Source: a virus
Lineage: Duplodnaviria > Caudoviricetes
IMG/VR virus record: IMGVR_UViG_3300020181_000017
Location: 1 to 40,358 of that record
Reading direction: 5' to 3' (one strand)
Length of the DNA: 40,358 nucleotides
Below the pieces are notes generated by a model. The model did not search any database, was not told the origin of the DNA, and was given only the letters and a program-made list of their open reading frames with translations. Numbering within the stretch: position 1 is the stretch's first letter; every line of letters starts with the position of its first letter. Below are positions 27,730 to 35,899 of this stretch, one piece after another. Position numbers and translations under genes: made by a program.

Positions 27730-27906
27730 CTATTGTTTACCGTAAGTTCGCTCCCAAAGATCTACGGCCTTGTTAAAGGTAATCTGATCGGGTGTCAGCG
27801 CGCGACCCTCATCAGTAGTTGTAGCGTGAGCCATGAAGCGGATATATGCGAAGTACACGAGTTGGACCGGAAGCACGCTGGCAAGCCATTGATAGAATTT
27901 CGTCAT
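27730..27906 (-). CDS. Small hypothetical protein (58 aa, MTKFYQWLAS...)
   Basis: Hand-translated; ATG 8 nt after a TACGCT -10 box. Confidence 0.55.
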   Translation of the reverse strand: MTKFYQWLASVLPVQLVYFAYIRFMAHATTTDEGRALTPDQITFNKAVDLWERTYGKQ

Positions 27907-27959
27907 ATGCCCTAAGCGTACTACAAGAGCACCGCCTCAGACGTGAGGCTGTGAATAGT

Positions 27960-27988
27960 AAGCCCCCGGACATGCGAGCCGGGGGCTT
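27960..27988. terminator. GC-rich hairpin, probable terminator
   Basis: AAGCCCCCGG-9nt-CCGGGGGCTT; the same stem recurs at 36829-36855. Confidence 0.55.
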
Positions 27989-28139
27989 GATTTGAAGGAA
28001 GGAGCGGATTGATTAGTTTAGTGGGCTGGTTCACAGCCGCTACGCAATAGTAGGGCTCGTCCGGATGCACCCCTTGCGGGTTGGTGCTCTGCCTGTACTA
28101 GGTAGGGAACACGAAGTGTGCCGAGCCTACCTGCTTATT

Positions 28140-28313
28140 TTACCGCAGCTCAGGATGGCGTTCGTAGAAGCGCTCTAGTGCGTCGGCCGCTCGCTCGGCC
28201 GTGCGCAGCGCTTGCTCTTCGTGCTCGCAAGGCTCGTCGTCCACGTCTACCCAGTCAGGGTGATCATTGTCGGGCACAGGATCTAGTTCAACACCCCAGG
28301 CGATGAGCAGCAT
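28140..28313 (-). CDS. Small acidic hypothetical protein
   Basis: MLLIAWG...; GGAGG lies upstream of the ATG at 28313. Confidence 0.5.
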   Translation of the reverse strand: MLLIAWGVELDPVPDNDHPDWVDVDDEPCEHEEQALRTAERAADALERFYERHPELR

Positions 28314-28375
28314 AACGGCCTCCGTCCTTGAGGATGCCAAAGAAAAAGCAGCCCGTCACCGGACTGCTTGAGTAG

Positions 28376-29095
28376 CTATGAGACGACCTCGAACTGAGCG
28401 TCGATGACCTGGTGCAACGTCTGCGTCAGGTGGGGCGCTTCGGCCACCTTCCCGCGCAGGGCGTACGTGACGGCGTTGAAGGCCCGCCAGGCAGTCGGAT
28501 CTCCCCAGTCGAAGGGCGGACGCTCGAAAGCGGCCATGACGTCAGGGATGCGCTGAAGGTTGATCGCGCCCTTCCGATAGAGCTCGATGACCAGGTGGTC
28601 GAACTCGTCGAGCTGGAGCGGCCGGTTGCGATACGCCTCGAACTGGTTGGCCTGGGCAAGGCGCTTCTGCTGCAAGGGCTGCACGATGTCCCCGATGATC
28701 GCCGGCAGCTCGCGGCGGGCGCGGAGGGTATGCTTCCGCTTCACCACGGTGTCGGCACAGAACGCCAGGTTCGAGCACACGAAGACACGGCTCCCGAAGG
28801 ACAGGCCGATGGGGAAGCTCCGGTCGTGACTGTTACGCAATCCAACCTGATCGCAGTAGTCCCCATACTCCGACTTCAGAGATAGGACACCGAAGTAGCG
28901 ATCGCCGTTCTTGTCGATGGCGTGGTGCTCTTCCACCACCTCGTGCTCGTGGTAGCGAAGCGCAAACTTGACCATATCAACGAAGTCAAAATGTGGGATG
29001 GGATGGTGGGTGGCCGTCGCGTCTGGTGTTTGCACCATTCGCAGTTGGTCCAGCGTGACAAGTTCCCCGCCGCTGTGCAGGTTCATGCTTTCCAT
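28376..29095 (-). CDS. DUF932/DUF945-family protein
   Basis: LRNSHD, RVFVCSNL, RKHT and TAWRAFNAVT motifs; SD AAGGAG. Confidence 0.85.
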   Translation of the reverse strand: MESMNLHSGGELVTLDQLRMVQTPDATATHHPIPHFDFVDMVKFALRYHEHEVVEEHHAIDKNGDRYFGVLSLKSEYGDYCDQVGLRNSHDRSFPIGLSFGSRVFVCSNLAFCADTVVKRKHTLRARRELPAIIGDIVQPLQQKRLAQANQFEAYRNRPLQLDEFDHLVIELYRKGAINLQRIPDVMAAFERPPFDWGDPTAWRAFNAVTYALRGKVAEAPHLTQTLHQVIDAQFEVVS

Positions 29096-29134
29096 TGCAG
29101 GCTCCTTTCAAAGAACACTGCAAGGAATTGTACC

Positions 29135-29503
29135 TTACGCTAGGAGCTCAGGGTTATCGTAGGTCTTAGCGCGAGGTTTTCCGGTCTTGAACTCGCTCCA
29201 TGCGGCGCGTCGTTCCTTAGACCACTTCGGCCGCTTCGCACCCCTCGAGTGAAGGGCTGTGTGCTCGCCATTCGTAGCAACCGCGAGGTTCGACAGGCGA
29301 TTGTCGGTCTTATCTTCATTCAGGTGGTGGACGATTTTCTTGGGGTCAGTCAGCAGTCCCGCATCCCACGCAATCATCCGGTGCTCTCGTACGTACCCGT
29401 TCTTCTTAGCCAATGGGTGCGACGGCTCGAATACCTCGTAGTAGCCGTGGACGCTGAGGATACGCTTAACGCCCTTTTTGTTCCGGCTACCCTTCGTTTT
29501 CAT
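29135..29503 (-). CDS. HNH homing endonuclease
   Basis: GYVREHR..VHHLNEDKTDNRLSNL..EHTALH. Confidence 0.9.
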   Translation of the reverse strand: MKTKGSRNKKGVKRILSVHGYYEVFEPSHPLAKKNGYVREHRMIAWDAGLLTDPKKIVHHLNEDKTDNRLSNLAVATNGEHTALHSRGAKRPKWSKERRAAWSEFKTGKPRAKTYDNPELLA

Positions 29504-29864
29504 AGATATTTCCGGTTACGACTACATCGCTAGCAGTCCCCTTGTTGAGATGGCGTGTACCGCCGAGCCAGAAGCCACTATTCTCCTCGCTCCAGCGCAC
29601 CACATGGTCTACGAAGAAGTCGCCGTATGGCTCCCTAACCGTATCTCCTTCGTAGATTTCGCGGCCGTTCTTATCGAGGAGGCCGGTGAATTGCATGACG
29701 TGGAAGCGACCGGGCTGGAAGGTCAATGCATCCCAGTTCTTGATGAAGACCATCCCTTTGATGGGTGGGCAGTACACGAATTTCCCGGTGTGCTCCCCAT
29801 CGATGTGCATCTCGTACATTGCTTGCCGCTCGTCATCCCACGCCCGAAACTTAATCGCTCTCAT
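29487..29864 (-). CDS. YopX-family protein
   Basis: IKFRAWD, MQFTGLLDKNGREIYEGD and VTGNIYEN motifs. Confidence 0.92.
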   Translation of the reverse strand: MRAIKFRAWDDERQAMYEMHIDGEHTGKFVYCPPIKGMVFIKNWDALTFQPGRFHVMQFTGLLDKNGREIYEGDTVREPYGDFFVDHVVRWSEENSGFWLGGTRHLNKGTASDVVVTGNIYENEG

Positions 29865-29949
29865 AGCTAGTTTGATAAGCAAGCCAAAACCCTGGACGCT
29901 TTGCGAGTATCCAGGGTTCTAGCCGCAAAGCTTTTAATCGCACCTAGGT

Positions 29950-29986
29950 AGTATACCAAAAAAACCCCCGCTGTCCTGGCGGGGGC
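29950..29986 (-). promoter_or_regulatory. Terminator of the CHC2 gene abutting the extended -10 promoter for yopX
   Basis: Minus strand CCCCGC-cagaca-like loop-GCGGGG hairpin plus T-run, then TGGTATACT. Confidence 0.55.
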
Positions 29987-29992
29987 TGTGCA

Positions 29993-30658
29993 TTACGCAC
30001 GCTTCTTGAAAGGTACAACGCTCGACTTGAGCTGCGGCGGTAGGTGGATGTCACCCTCAACCGCTACGAAGGAGACTTCTCCGTCTTCTCCGGTGACGCG
30101 AATGACGATCTTTCCGCGATGTACGCCACGATTAGCGTACCCAATTCCTGCGGCTCTCAGCTTCTCTGGATCGCCGCCGATTTGGGTGAGCAGCTCGTGC
30201 TCATAATCTAATCCTTCGGCGTACTTATCCGCGTCGAATTGGTGGGGAGGAGACGATGGTCTGCCCCCTCCCCGAGGCTGACGAGAAAGTGATCTCTCTC
30301 GCCCGCTCTCTGGCACTTGTGAGGCACGAGTACGGTCACTAGGTACTGTGTCTCTGGTACTGTGTGTACCGGTACTGATACCGGCGCGCTCAGCGAGCTC
30401 TAAGGCCGCATCACGCATTGTTGGTAGGTCGAGGACGTGTTTGGCAAAGCCGATTACGTCGCCGCCTGTGTCGGCCGAGTGGCAGAAGAAACCTTTGTCG
30501 GCTGTGACGACGAGTGAACGTCCGTCCTTGGTGCCGCAGGCGGGACAATCGCCACGCCATTGCTTTCCTGCGAACTTGAGCCGCAAACCGAGCAACTCGA
30601 TTGCCTCGGCAAAGGGTACTTCCCGCTTCACCAAGGCGAAGTCGATAAACTTCGACAT
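29993..30658 (-). CDS. CHC2 (DnaG-type) zinc-finger protein without TOPRIM domain
   Basis: CPACG..FFCHS..GGDVIGF; SD GGAGG; no primase catalytic motifs seen. Confidence 0.8.
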   Translation of the reverse strand: MSKFIDFALVKREVPFAEAIELLGLRLKFAGKQWRGDCPACGTKDGRSLVVTADKGFFCHSADTGGDVIGFAKHVLDLPTMRDAALELAERAGISTGTHSTRDTVPSDRTRASQVPESGRERSLSRQPRGGGRPSSPPHQFDADKYAEGLDYEHELLTQIGGDPEKLRAAGIGYANRGVHRGKIVIRVTGEDGEVSFVAVEGDIHLPPQLKSSVVPFKKRA

Positions 30659-30788
30659 AGCAACCTCCACGGTGCATGAGCCTTCCTCCTAGGAACACCT
30701 GCACGTAGTCTACCACTCGCTGTCCCCACCTCTTCGGCTAGGGGTGCGTATCCATGGTTTGATTAGGGAGGAACCAAGGAGGTCCATC

Positions 30789-30965
30789 ATGGCCGGTAAA
30801 CGACCTGACTATCATGTCTTCGTGTCCCGCAAAGGACCGGACAAGACCTACTATTCTCGTATAGGTGCAGCGTGGAATGTCGCGAGCGACGGCATCTCCA
30901 TCAAGCTCGAAGCGCTCCCGCTGGACGGCGAGCTCGTGCTGTTTCCACCGAAGGACGACGAGTAA
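30789..30965 (+). CDS. Small DUF736-like putative ssDNA-binding protein
   Basis: RPDYHV..RIGAAW..GISIKL..LVLFPP; SD AAGGAGG; terminator follows. Confidence 0.65.
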   Translation: MAGKRPDYHVFVSRKGPDKTYYSRIGAAWNVASDGISIKLEALPLDGELVLFPPKDDE

Positions 30966-30972
30966 TTCACAC

Positions 30973-30996
30973 GACCCCCGGCGAAAGCTGGGGGTC
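30973..30996 (+). terminator. Hairpin terminator
   Basis: GACCCCCGGC-GAAA-GCTGGGGGTC. Confidence 0.55.
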
Positions 30997-31080
30997 TGCT
31001 ATGATAGAGAGGCCGTGAGAAATCGACCGCTCGTGGCACGTAACATCGCCGGAACCGCCTCGTAGGGGCGGTTCTTGCGT

Positions 31081-32019
31081 TTAGGCGATGATGCTCTTCG
31101 GGCCGTTCACCGTCTGCCAGTCGGTGAAGAGCTCCTCCATGGGCTCCTTCGGGAGCTTCCACTTTTTCGTACTGAACTGCGGGAGAACTTTGAAAAAGAA
31201 CCTCTCGGCGTGCTTCTTCCCCTTGAGGTAGCGAAGCATGATGTCCGCGTCCGACTGTTTGGTGCAGGCCCACATTACCGAGAGGCTCGGAATACCCCAC
31301 TGCTGGCGGTAGAGGCGACGCTCAAGCAGCTCTAGCTGGTGATCGAGCTTCTGCTTGTTGTTGTTTCCCTTGGCCCGCGAGAAGCCCACGGTGCGGGTGT
31401 CTTCACGCACCCAGAAGCGGAACGTGCCGTCGCTCTTGCGCTCGAAGCTCAAGAGGCGGTCAGGCTCGTAGTGGCCGTCGCTCACCTTCACGAGGAGCGG
31501 GTTGTCAGCCTCCTTTGTCGCCTCGGGGCAGTTGGGATGCGCGAACAGGTACTCCTGGTCGTGGAAGACGAGGCCGTGGTCGGGCGCGAGCTGCTCGAAT
31601 GAAAGGTCGATGCACGCCCCCATGCAGCGGTGCCGATCGTGGTCGCGCCGGGGAACGGAGATGGCGATCTCAGCCACCTCGATGCCCTTGTCGGTGAGGT
31701 CGTAGACGGCCTGGCGACCGAGCTCCCCTTCTGGGTTCAGCTCGTCAGGACGCCACACAAGCGTCTCGCCGTCGTACTTCTCGTGGAAGAGGTCGGTAAG
31801 CTGGCGCAGGACAGTCTGCTTGTATCCTGGCTGTCCGCCGAAGAAGGGACGCACAAGGAGGCCCGATGGTGCTGGGCCGTGCCGGAGTGCCTGGAGCACC
31901 CGGATCTTCCTGTCCGTGAGGACATAGCGCTTGTTGGTGGACTGAGGCTCGTTCCGGAAGCGCCGGCCGTGCTCGCTAGCGTCAACCTTCACGGGCTTAG
32001 TGCGGTATTTCGGTCTCAT
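31081..32019 (-). CDS. Replication-relaxation (Replic_Relax-like) protein, putative relaxase
   Basis: N-terminal wHTH (LTDRKIRVL..VYDLTDKG), then HDRH, EPD and VRED (PD-(D/E)xK-like) motifs; directly downstream of a coupling-protein gene. Confidence 0.65.
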   Translation of the reverse strand: MRPKYRTKPVKVDASEHGRRFRNEPQSTNKRYVLTDRKIRVLQALRHGPAPSGLLVRPFFGGQPGYKQTVLRQLTDLFHEKYDGETLVWRPDELNPEGELGRQAVYDLTDKGIEVAEIAISVPRRDHDRHRCMGACIDLSFEQLAPDHGLVFHDQEYLFAHPNCPEATKEADNPLLVKVSDGHYEPDRLLSFERKSDGTFRFWVREDTRTVGFSRAKGNNNKQKLDHQLELLERRLYRQQWGIPSLSVMWACTKQSDADIMLRYLKGKKHAERFFFKVLPQFSTKKWKLPKEPMEELFTDWQTVNGPKSIIA

Positions 32020-32105
32020 AGATCGAGAGGTTAGCGCCGGGATTTTAGGTGTAACCGTTCGCCATGGGCAGGATGTGCACAGTGCTACGCGGTGGCGCTA
32101 TATGA

Positions 32106-34085
32106 TTACTCGTCTATTTTACCCCACTTCACCCAATCACCGTCCTCTTCGGGTGTTGATACCTCAGCAGCCTGCACGAATGCGGCCCGTGGTGGCTCGG
32201 GATAGCTGGCCGGGATGCCCACCTTTGCGCGGTTCTTCGCGAGCAGTTCCTCGTATCTCGTATAGGTGAGCCGTGGCGCATGTTCGAGCGGAGATGGGCG
32301 TGTGGGGATCGCTACAGCGTGTGGGGTGACGTCCTGGATGTAGGCTGCCCAAGTGTAGCGAGGCTGGCCCATGATGAACTCCGGCGTTGTCCGCATGTTC
32401 GGGGCGACTTGGCGAGCGTCCGCGACCGAGATCCTCGAAGCGAAGCGGATGCCGGGGTTCGTGAGGAGCGACGCTTTGAGTGCCTGAGAGGTGGTCTCTT
32501 CGAGCTGCCGGTGAGCGAGGATCACACCGCAGTTGTACTTGCGCGCCTGGTTCAGGAACTCGTTGACCGACGTGTCGAAGTAGTCGGAGCACTCGTCGAT
32601 GTAGATGTACGCCGGGTGCCGCGAAGCGCCGGGGTCAGCGCGTTGCAGAATGGTTTGCAGGATGAGGCTGATGAAGAGCTTTCCGAACACTGGAGAGCCG
32701 GTAGCCAGGTGGTCGCGCGCCGTGTCCACGAGAATGACGTAGCCGTTGTCCAGCGCGTGCTTGAGATCGAGCTTCGTCTCAGGAGCACTGAGGAGGCGTC
32801 GGACGGCGGGGTTAAGCAGCACCCCTCGTAAGCGGTAAGCTATCTCCTTTCGGGTCTTCGTGAACTCCGAGCCCTTCTGGAACAGGTCCTCCTCGAAGAA
32901 CTCGCGGGTGAAATCCGGGAGGGTATCCACCACGTCCTTGTATTTCAGCGGGTCCTGCAGGAAGCGGAAAAGATCTAGCACCGTGGCGTTCTGATCCCGC
33001 GCCCGGGGGAAGGCGAGCAGTGCCTCAGCAATGTGCTCAAAGAGGATGCCTTGCTTGGACGTGAGGTCGGCGGTGCCCCCAGCAAGCGCGGAGATCAAAA
33101 AGTTGAACGTCTGAACGATGTAGGCGCGCGCCCTCTCTCTGGCCGTTTCGTTTGCTTCAGACTTCAGAGCAAACGGGTTCAAGGCCGGCGCGATAGGGTC
33201 CTGCGGGTCGATGATGATGAGGCGATCTTCAATGCCGAGATCCGCTCGTTGAAGCGTTCGTACCAAGTCGCCGGTCGGCTCGATCACCACGACGGAGGGC
33301 TTAGCCGGGTCCTTGATGTCGTTGATGATGAGGTTGGCTAGGAGGGTACTCTTCCCTGATCCGGTGTTCCCGATTACGTGCATGTGGTTCATGCGATCAA
33401 GGGTCGTGAACTTGAGTGGTACCGGCGTTCTAAACACGTCAGCGAACGGTGTGCCCGTTAGGTACGTCGCCACGAGCTCGTCTGGTGGTAGACCGCTCTT
33501 GCTTGCTAGTTTGAGTGGCTTCTTGCTGTCAGAGGATGTGCGACCGGAGGCAGCTTGGATGTTGGCCCACATTTGATCTGTGAGGCCCTTGAAGATGCCG
33601 CGATCTTCGAACTTCGGAGCGCAGAGCGTCGCGAAGATGCGGTCGATTAGTAGGCCCGGCTCATCCAGGGTGTAGACAAGCGGGATGGTGAAGGGCGACG
33701 GGCTCTCTGCCTGGGGTAGATCCTTGCCGATGGAGTAGAGGGCTAGGGATAGACCCTCAAAGAGTAGTTCCTCGAAGGCTTCGCGGTTCTTGAGGTAGTG
33801 CTGCTTTTGAAAGAGAAGCGCCCGGTACTCCGTCAGCTCCCGGAGGTTCATCCGGTCGAAGTCTGGCGGCGGCGTTTCCCACAGGTACGCTTCCTCAATC
33901 ATGAGGCTGGAGATCACGTTCGCGAACGGACGGAAGAGCTCGGTGGGTAGCTTGTAGATGAAGTCCTTGGCTATGCGGATGCCAATGTTCTTTCCTACCT
34001 CCGCAAGGCTCGCGTCGTGCGCCCACACCCACTCGTACAATTGGAGCGTATCGCGTAGGTCGCGTTCGCGCCCCGTCTGAGCCAT
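32106..34085 (-). CDS. Type IV coupling protein-like ATPase (VirD4/TrwB/TraD family)
   Basis: HMHVIGNTGSGKS (Walker A), LNPF, YIYIDE (Walker B), QARKYN and ILAHRQ motifs. Confidence 0.88.
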   Translation of the reverse strand: MAQTGRERDLRDTLQLYEWVWAHDASLAEVGKNIGIRIAKDFIYKLPTELFRPFANVISSLMIEEAYLWETPPPDFDRMNLRELTEYRALLFQKQHYLKNREAFEELLFEGLSLALYSIGKDLPQAESPSPFTIPLVYTLDEPGLLIDRIFATLCAPKFEDRGIFKGLTDQMWANIQAASGRTSSDSKKPLKLASKSGLPPDELVATYLTGTPFADVFRTPVPLKFTTLDRMNHMHVIGNTGSGKSTLLANLIINDIKDPAKPSVVVIEPTGDLVRTLQRADLGIEDRLIIIDPQDPIAPALNPFALKSEANETARERARAYIVQTFNFLISALAGGTADLTSKQGILFEHIAEALLAFPRARDQNATVLDLFRFLQDPLKYKDVVDTLPDFTREFFEEDLFQKGSEFTKTRKEIAYRLRGVLLNPAVRRLLSAPETKLDLKHALDNGYVILVDTARDHLATGSPVFGKLFISLILQTILQRADPGASRHPAYIYIDECSDYFDTSVNEFLNQARKYNCGVILAHRQLEETTSQALKASLLTNPGIRFASRISVADARQVAPNMRTTPEFIMGQPRYTWAAYIQDVTPHAVAIPTRPSPLEHAPRLTYTRYEELLAKNRAKVGIPASYPEPPRAAFVQAAEVSTPEEDGDWVKWGKIDE

Positions 34086-34714
34086 CAGCGCACTTGGAAG
34101 CTGGAGAGCATGAACAAGACAGACGTGAACAGCAAGAAAGCCAAGAGTAGCAGTATGCCGATCCCGTTGAAGCCATCGTCCGCCTTCTTTTGCGCCGCAG
34201 CTTCTGGCGCAACCCTCTGCACGAAGAGGGAGGCTTCCTCCGGCGCAGCTAAGCTAGGTTGGGGAGCAACCTGGACAGGTGGCAATGGACGGGTGGGCAT
34301 GGGCTCGGCGCGGGCGACCACCTCCCCCGTCTCCATGTCGATCACCTGCTCCTGACCCTGGAAATAGTTCGCTTCCTTGATGCGGGAGTGGAGCAGCTTC
34401 GCGTTCGCTCTGATCTCGTTCTCGACCTCGATCAGCTCCTCGAACCGGCCGCTCTCGATGACGTGGCCGCGCTCAAGGCTCTCGGCGGTGATGTTGATCA
34501 CGAAGCCCTTCAGCTCTGGAAACACTCCCGTGACGACGGACCCGAAGAGGTTGGAGCCCTTGGTGACGTCCTTCAGCCAGATGGAGGTCGCGACCTGGCA
34601 GATGGGGAAATACCCCACCTTGCGGAGGTTCTGCTTCTCCTCGTCGGAGTAGTCTGCGCGGACCTCAAGCCTGAATTTTTTCCCGACCTCAGAGCGCTTT
34701 ATTTTGAGCTGCAT
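34085..34714 (-). CDS. Hypothetical protein with C-terminal TM anchor
   Basis: Start MQLKIK with SD GAGGGG; Pro-rich linker, then IGILLLLAFLLFTSVLFML; TGATG-coupled to the ATPase. Confidence 0.7.
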   Translation of the reverse strand: MQLKIKRSEVGKKFRLEVRADYSDEEKQNLRKVGYFPICQVATSIWLKDVTKGSNLFGSVVTGVFPELKGFVINITAESLERGHVIESGRFEELIEVENEIRANAKLLHSRIKEANYFQGQEQVIDMETGEVVARAEPMPTRPLPPVQVAPQPSLAAPEEASLFVQRVAPEAAAQKKADDGFNGIGILLLLAFLLFTSVLFMLSSFQVR

Positions 34715-34757
34715 CGGTTTTTCCCCCTCGGCAGGGGAACGCCGCTCTCTGGAACTG

Positions 34758-35522
34758 TCAAGCGCTGCGCATGTACGCGTCTCGGTCTGCGAGGAAGCCC
34801 TCGGTGCCGCGTGCAAACTTCGAGGTGTAGAGGGCCAGGAGGTCTGCATCGTCAGAGTTGCAGCGGCTGCCCACTTTCGTAGGGAAGGACAGGAGGCGGT
34901 GCTTCCAGTCAGGCAGCTCCTCGAACGCGCTGACCCCGGCGATGAGCCGGTTCTGTCGCATCAGACGCGCATGACCCTGGTGGGCGTAGAAGCCGAAGTC
35001 CGGGATCACGACCGGCCCCTCGTATTGAGAGATCAGGAAGTTCGCGAGCACGAAGCTGTCAAAGTCGCCTAGTACCGATCGGTCGAGTTTGGCGAGTATG
35101 ATGCCTTTGAAAGAGATGTTGGTGGGTCGTGTGAGCACGTCCTTCAGTACGGGTGACAGGAGTAGTGTCTGTATCGTCTGGTAGGCGTGCTCGGTTTCCC
35201 TGCTATCACGAATGAGCGTCTCCAGGTCAGTTGGCTCGTTGAGGAGGGATCGTAGTATCTGAAAGCGTGAGCGCTGTTTGGTGAGTGTATTCTCCCCTTC
35301 CGGGAACACAGCATCGAGAACGGAGACAAACTCCCGTGCCTTTCGGTAGTCGAGGTCAGCCAGCGGATTGAACGAGTGTTTTGAAACGTCGAACCGAACC
35401 ACCTGATAGTGGTCGGGAAAGGTGAGCCGATCGGAAAACTCGCCGTCGTCGATCAGCAGAAACCGCTCGGAAAAGTATCGTGAGATCGGCGCTTTGTCGC
35501 TGCCGAGAATGAGTACGTTCAT
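34758..35522 (-). CDS. Miniaturised, degenerate VirD4/TrwB-like paralog
   Basis: Colinear remnants NVLILGSDK, FLLIDDG, SFNPL, IILAKLDRSVLG and VVIPDF match the neighbouring ATPase, but Walker A and B are broken. Confidence 0.65.
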   Translation of the reverse strand: MNVLILGSDKAPISRYFSERFLLIDDGEFSDRLTFPDHYQVVRFDVSKHSFNPLADLDYRKAREFVSVLDAVFPEGENTLTKQRSRFQILRSLLNEPTDLETLIRDSRETEHAYQTIQTLLLSPVLKDVLTRPTNISFKGIILAKLDRSVLGDFDSFVLANFLISQYEGPVVIPDFGFYAHQGHARLMRQNRLIAGVSAFEELPDWKHRLLSFPTKVGSRCNSDDADLLALYTSKFARGTEGFLADRDAYMRSA

Positions 35523-35525
35523 TGT

Positions 35526-35883
35526 GTGGGTCGGTGGAGTAGAGCCTCGCTTCGGGAAGGGGTGCTCCCGCCGACCACGAAACGAAGAACTCCCACACCA
35601 TTGTAAACGGTAGAGGTCCCACTTCCCTTCCCCGTGGGGGGAGAGAGCAAGGGGAAGGGGGTCCCCGCAATGGGGGATAGGGAAGGAGTAGAAGGGGGCA
35701 AACGGTACAGTGACCGCACCGTTTCGTCTGTGGTCCCGTAAGGGCCACGACCCATGGGGTTTTTCGTAAGAATAAAGCACATGGGTCGTGGCCGTGAGGC
35801 CATGCGAAACGGTGCGGAATCAGTGTGTTGTCGGGGTTATCCCCGGCATACAGTATGGTAAGGCGTATGGTCGGCTCGTATGC
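35526..35883 (+). other. Highly structured non-coding region (candidate oriT / single-strand origin or RNA)
   Basis: Six or more hairpins, including a four-way junction at 35714-35817 with GTAA/GTAA/GTGA loops, and a G-rich tract. Confidence 0.55.
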
Positions 35884-35884
35884 G

Positions 35885-35893
35885 TGGTACACT
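35885..35893 (+). promoter_or_regulatory. Extended -10 promoter upstream of the candidate ncRNA
   Basis: TGGTACACT, the same form as TGGTATAGT, TGGTATACT and TGTTACACT elsewhere in the genome. Confidence 0.5.
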
Positions 35894-35899
35894 GCCGCT

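Noticed and set aside
29135-29503. HNH as partner nuclease of the ncRNA (IscB/HEARO-like)
   Set aside because: Ordinary short free-standing HNH, 6 kb away, with no RuvC or PLMP motifs.
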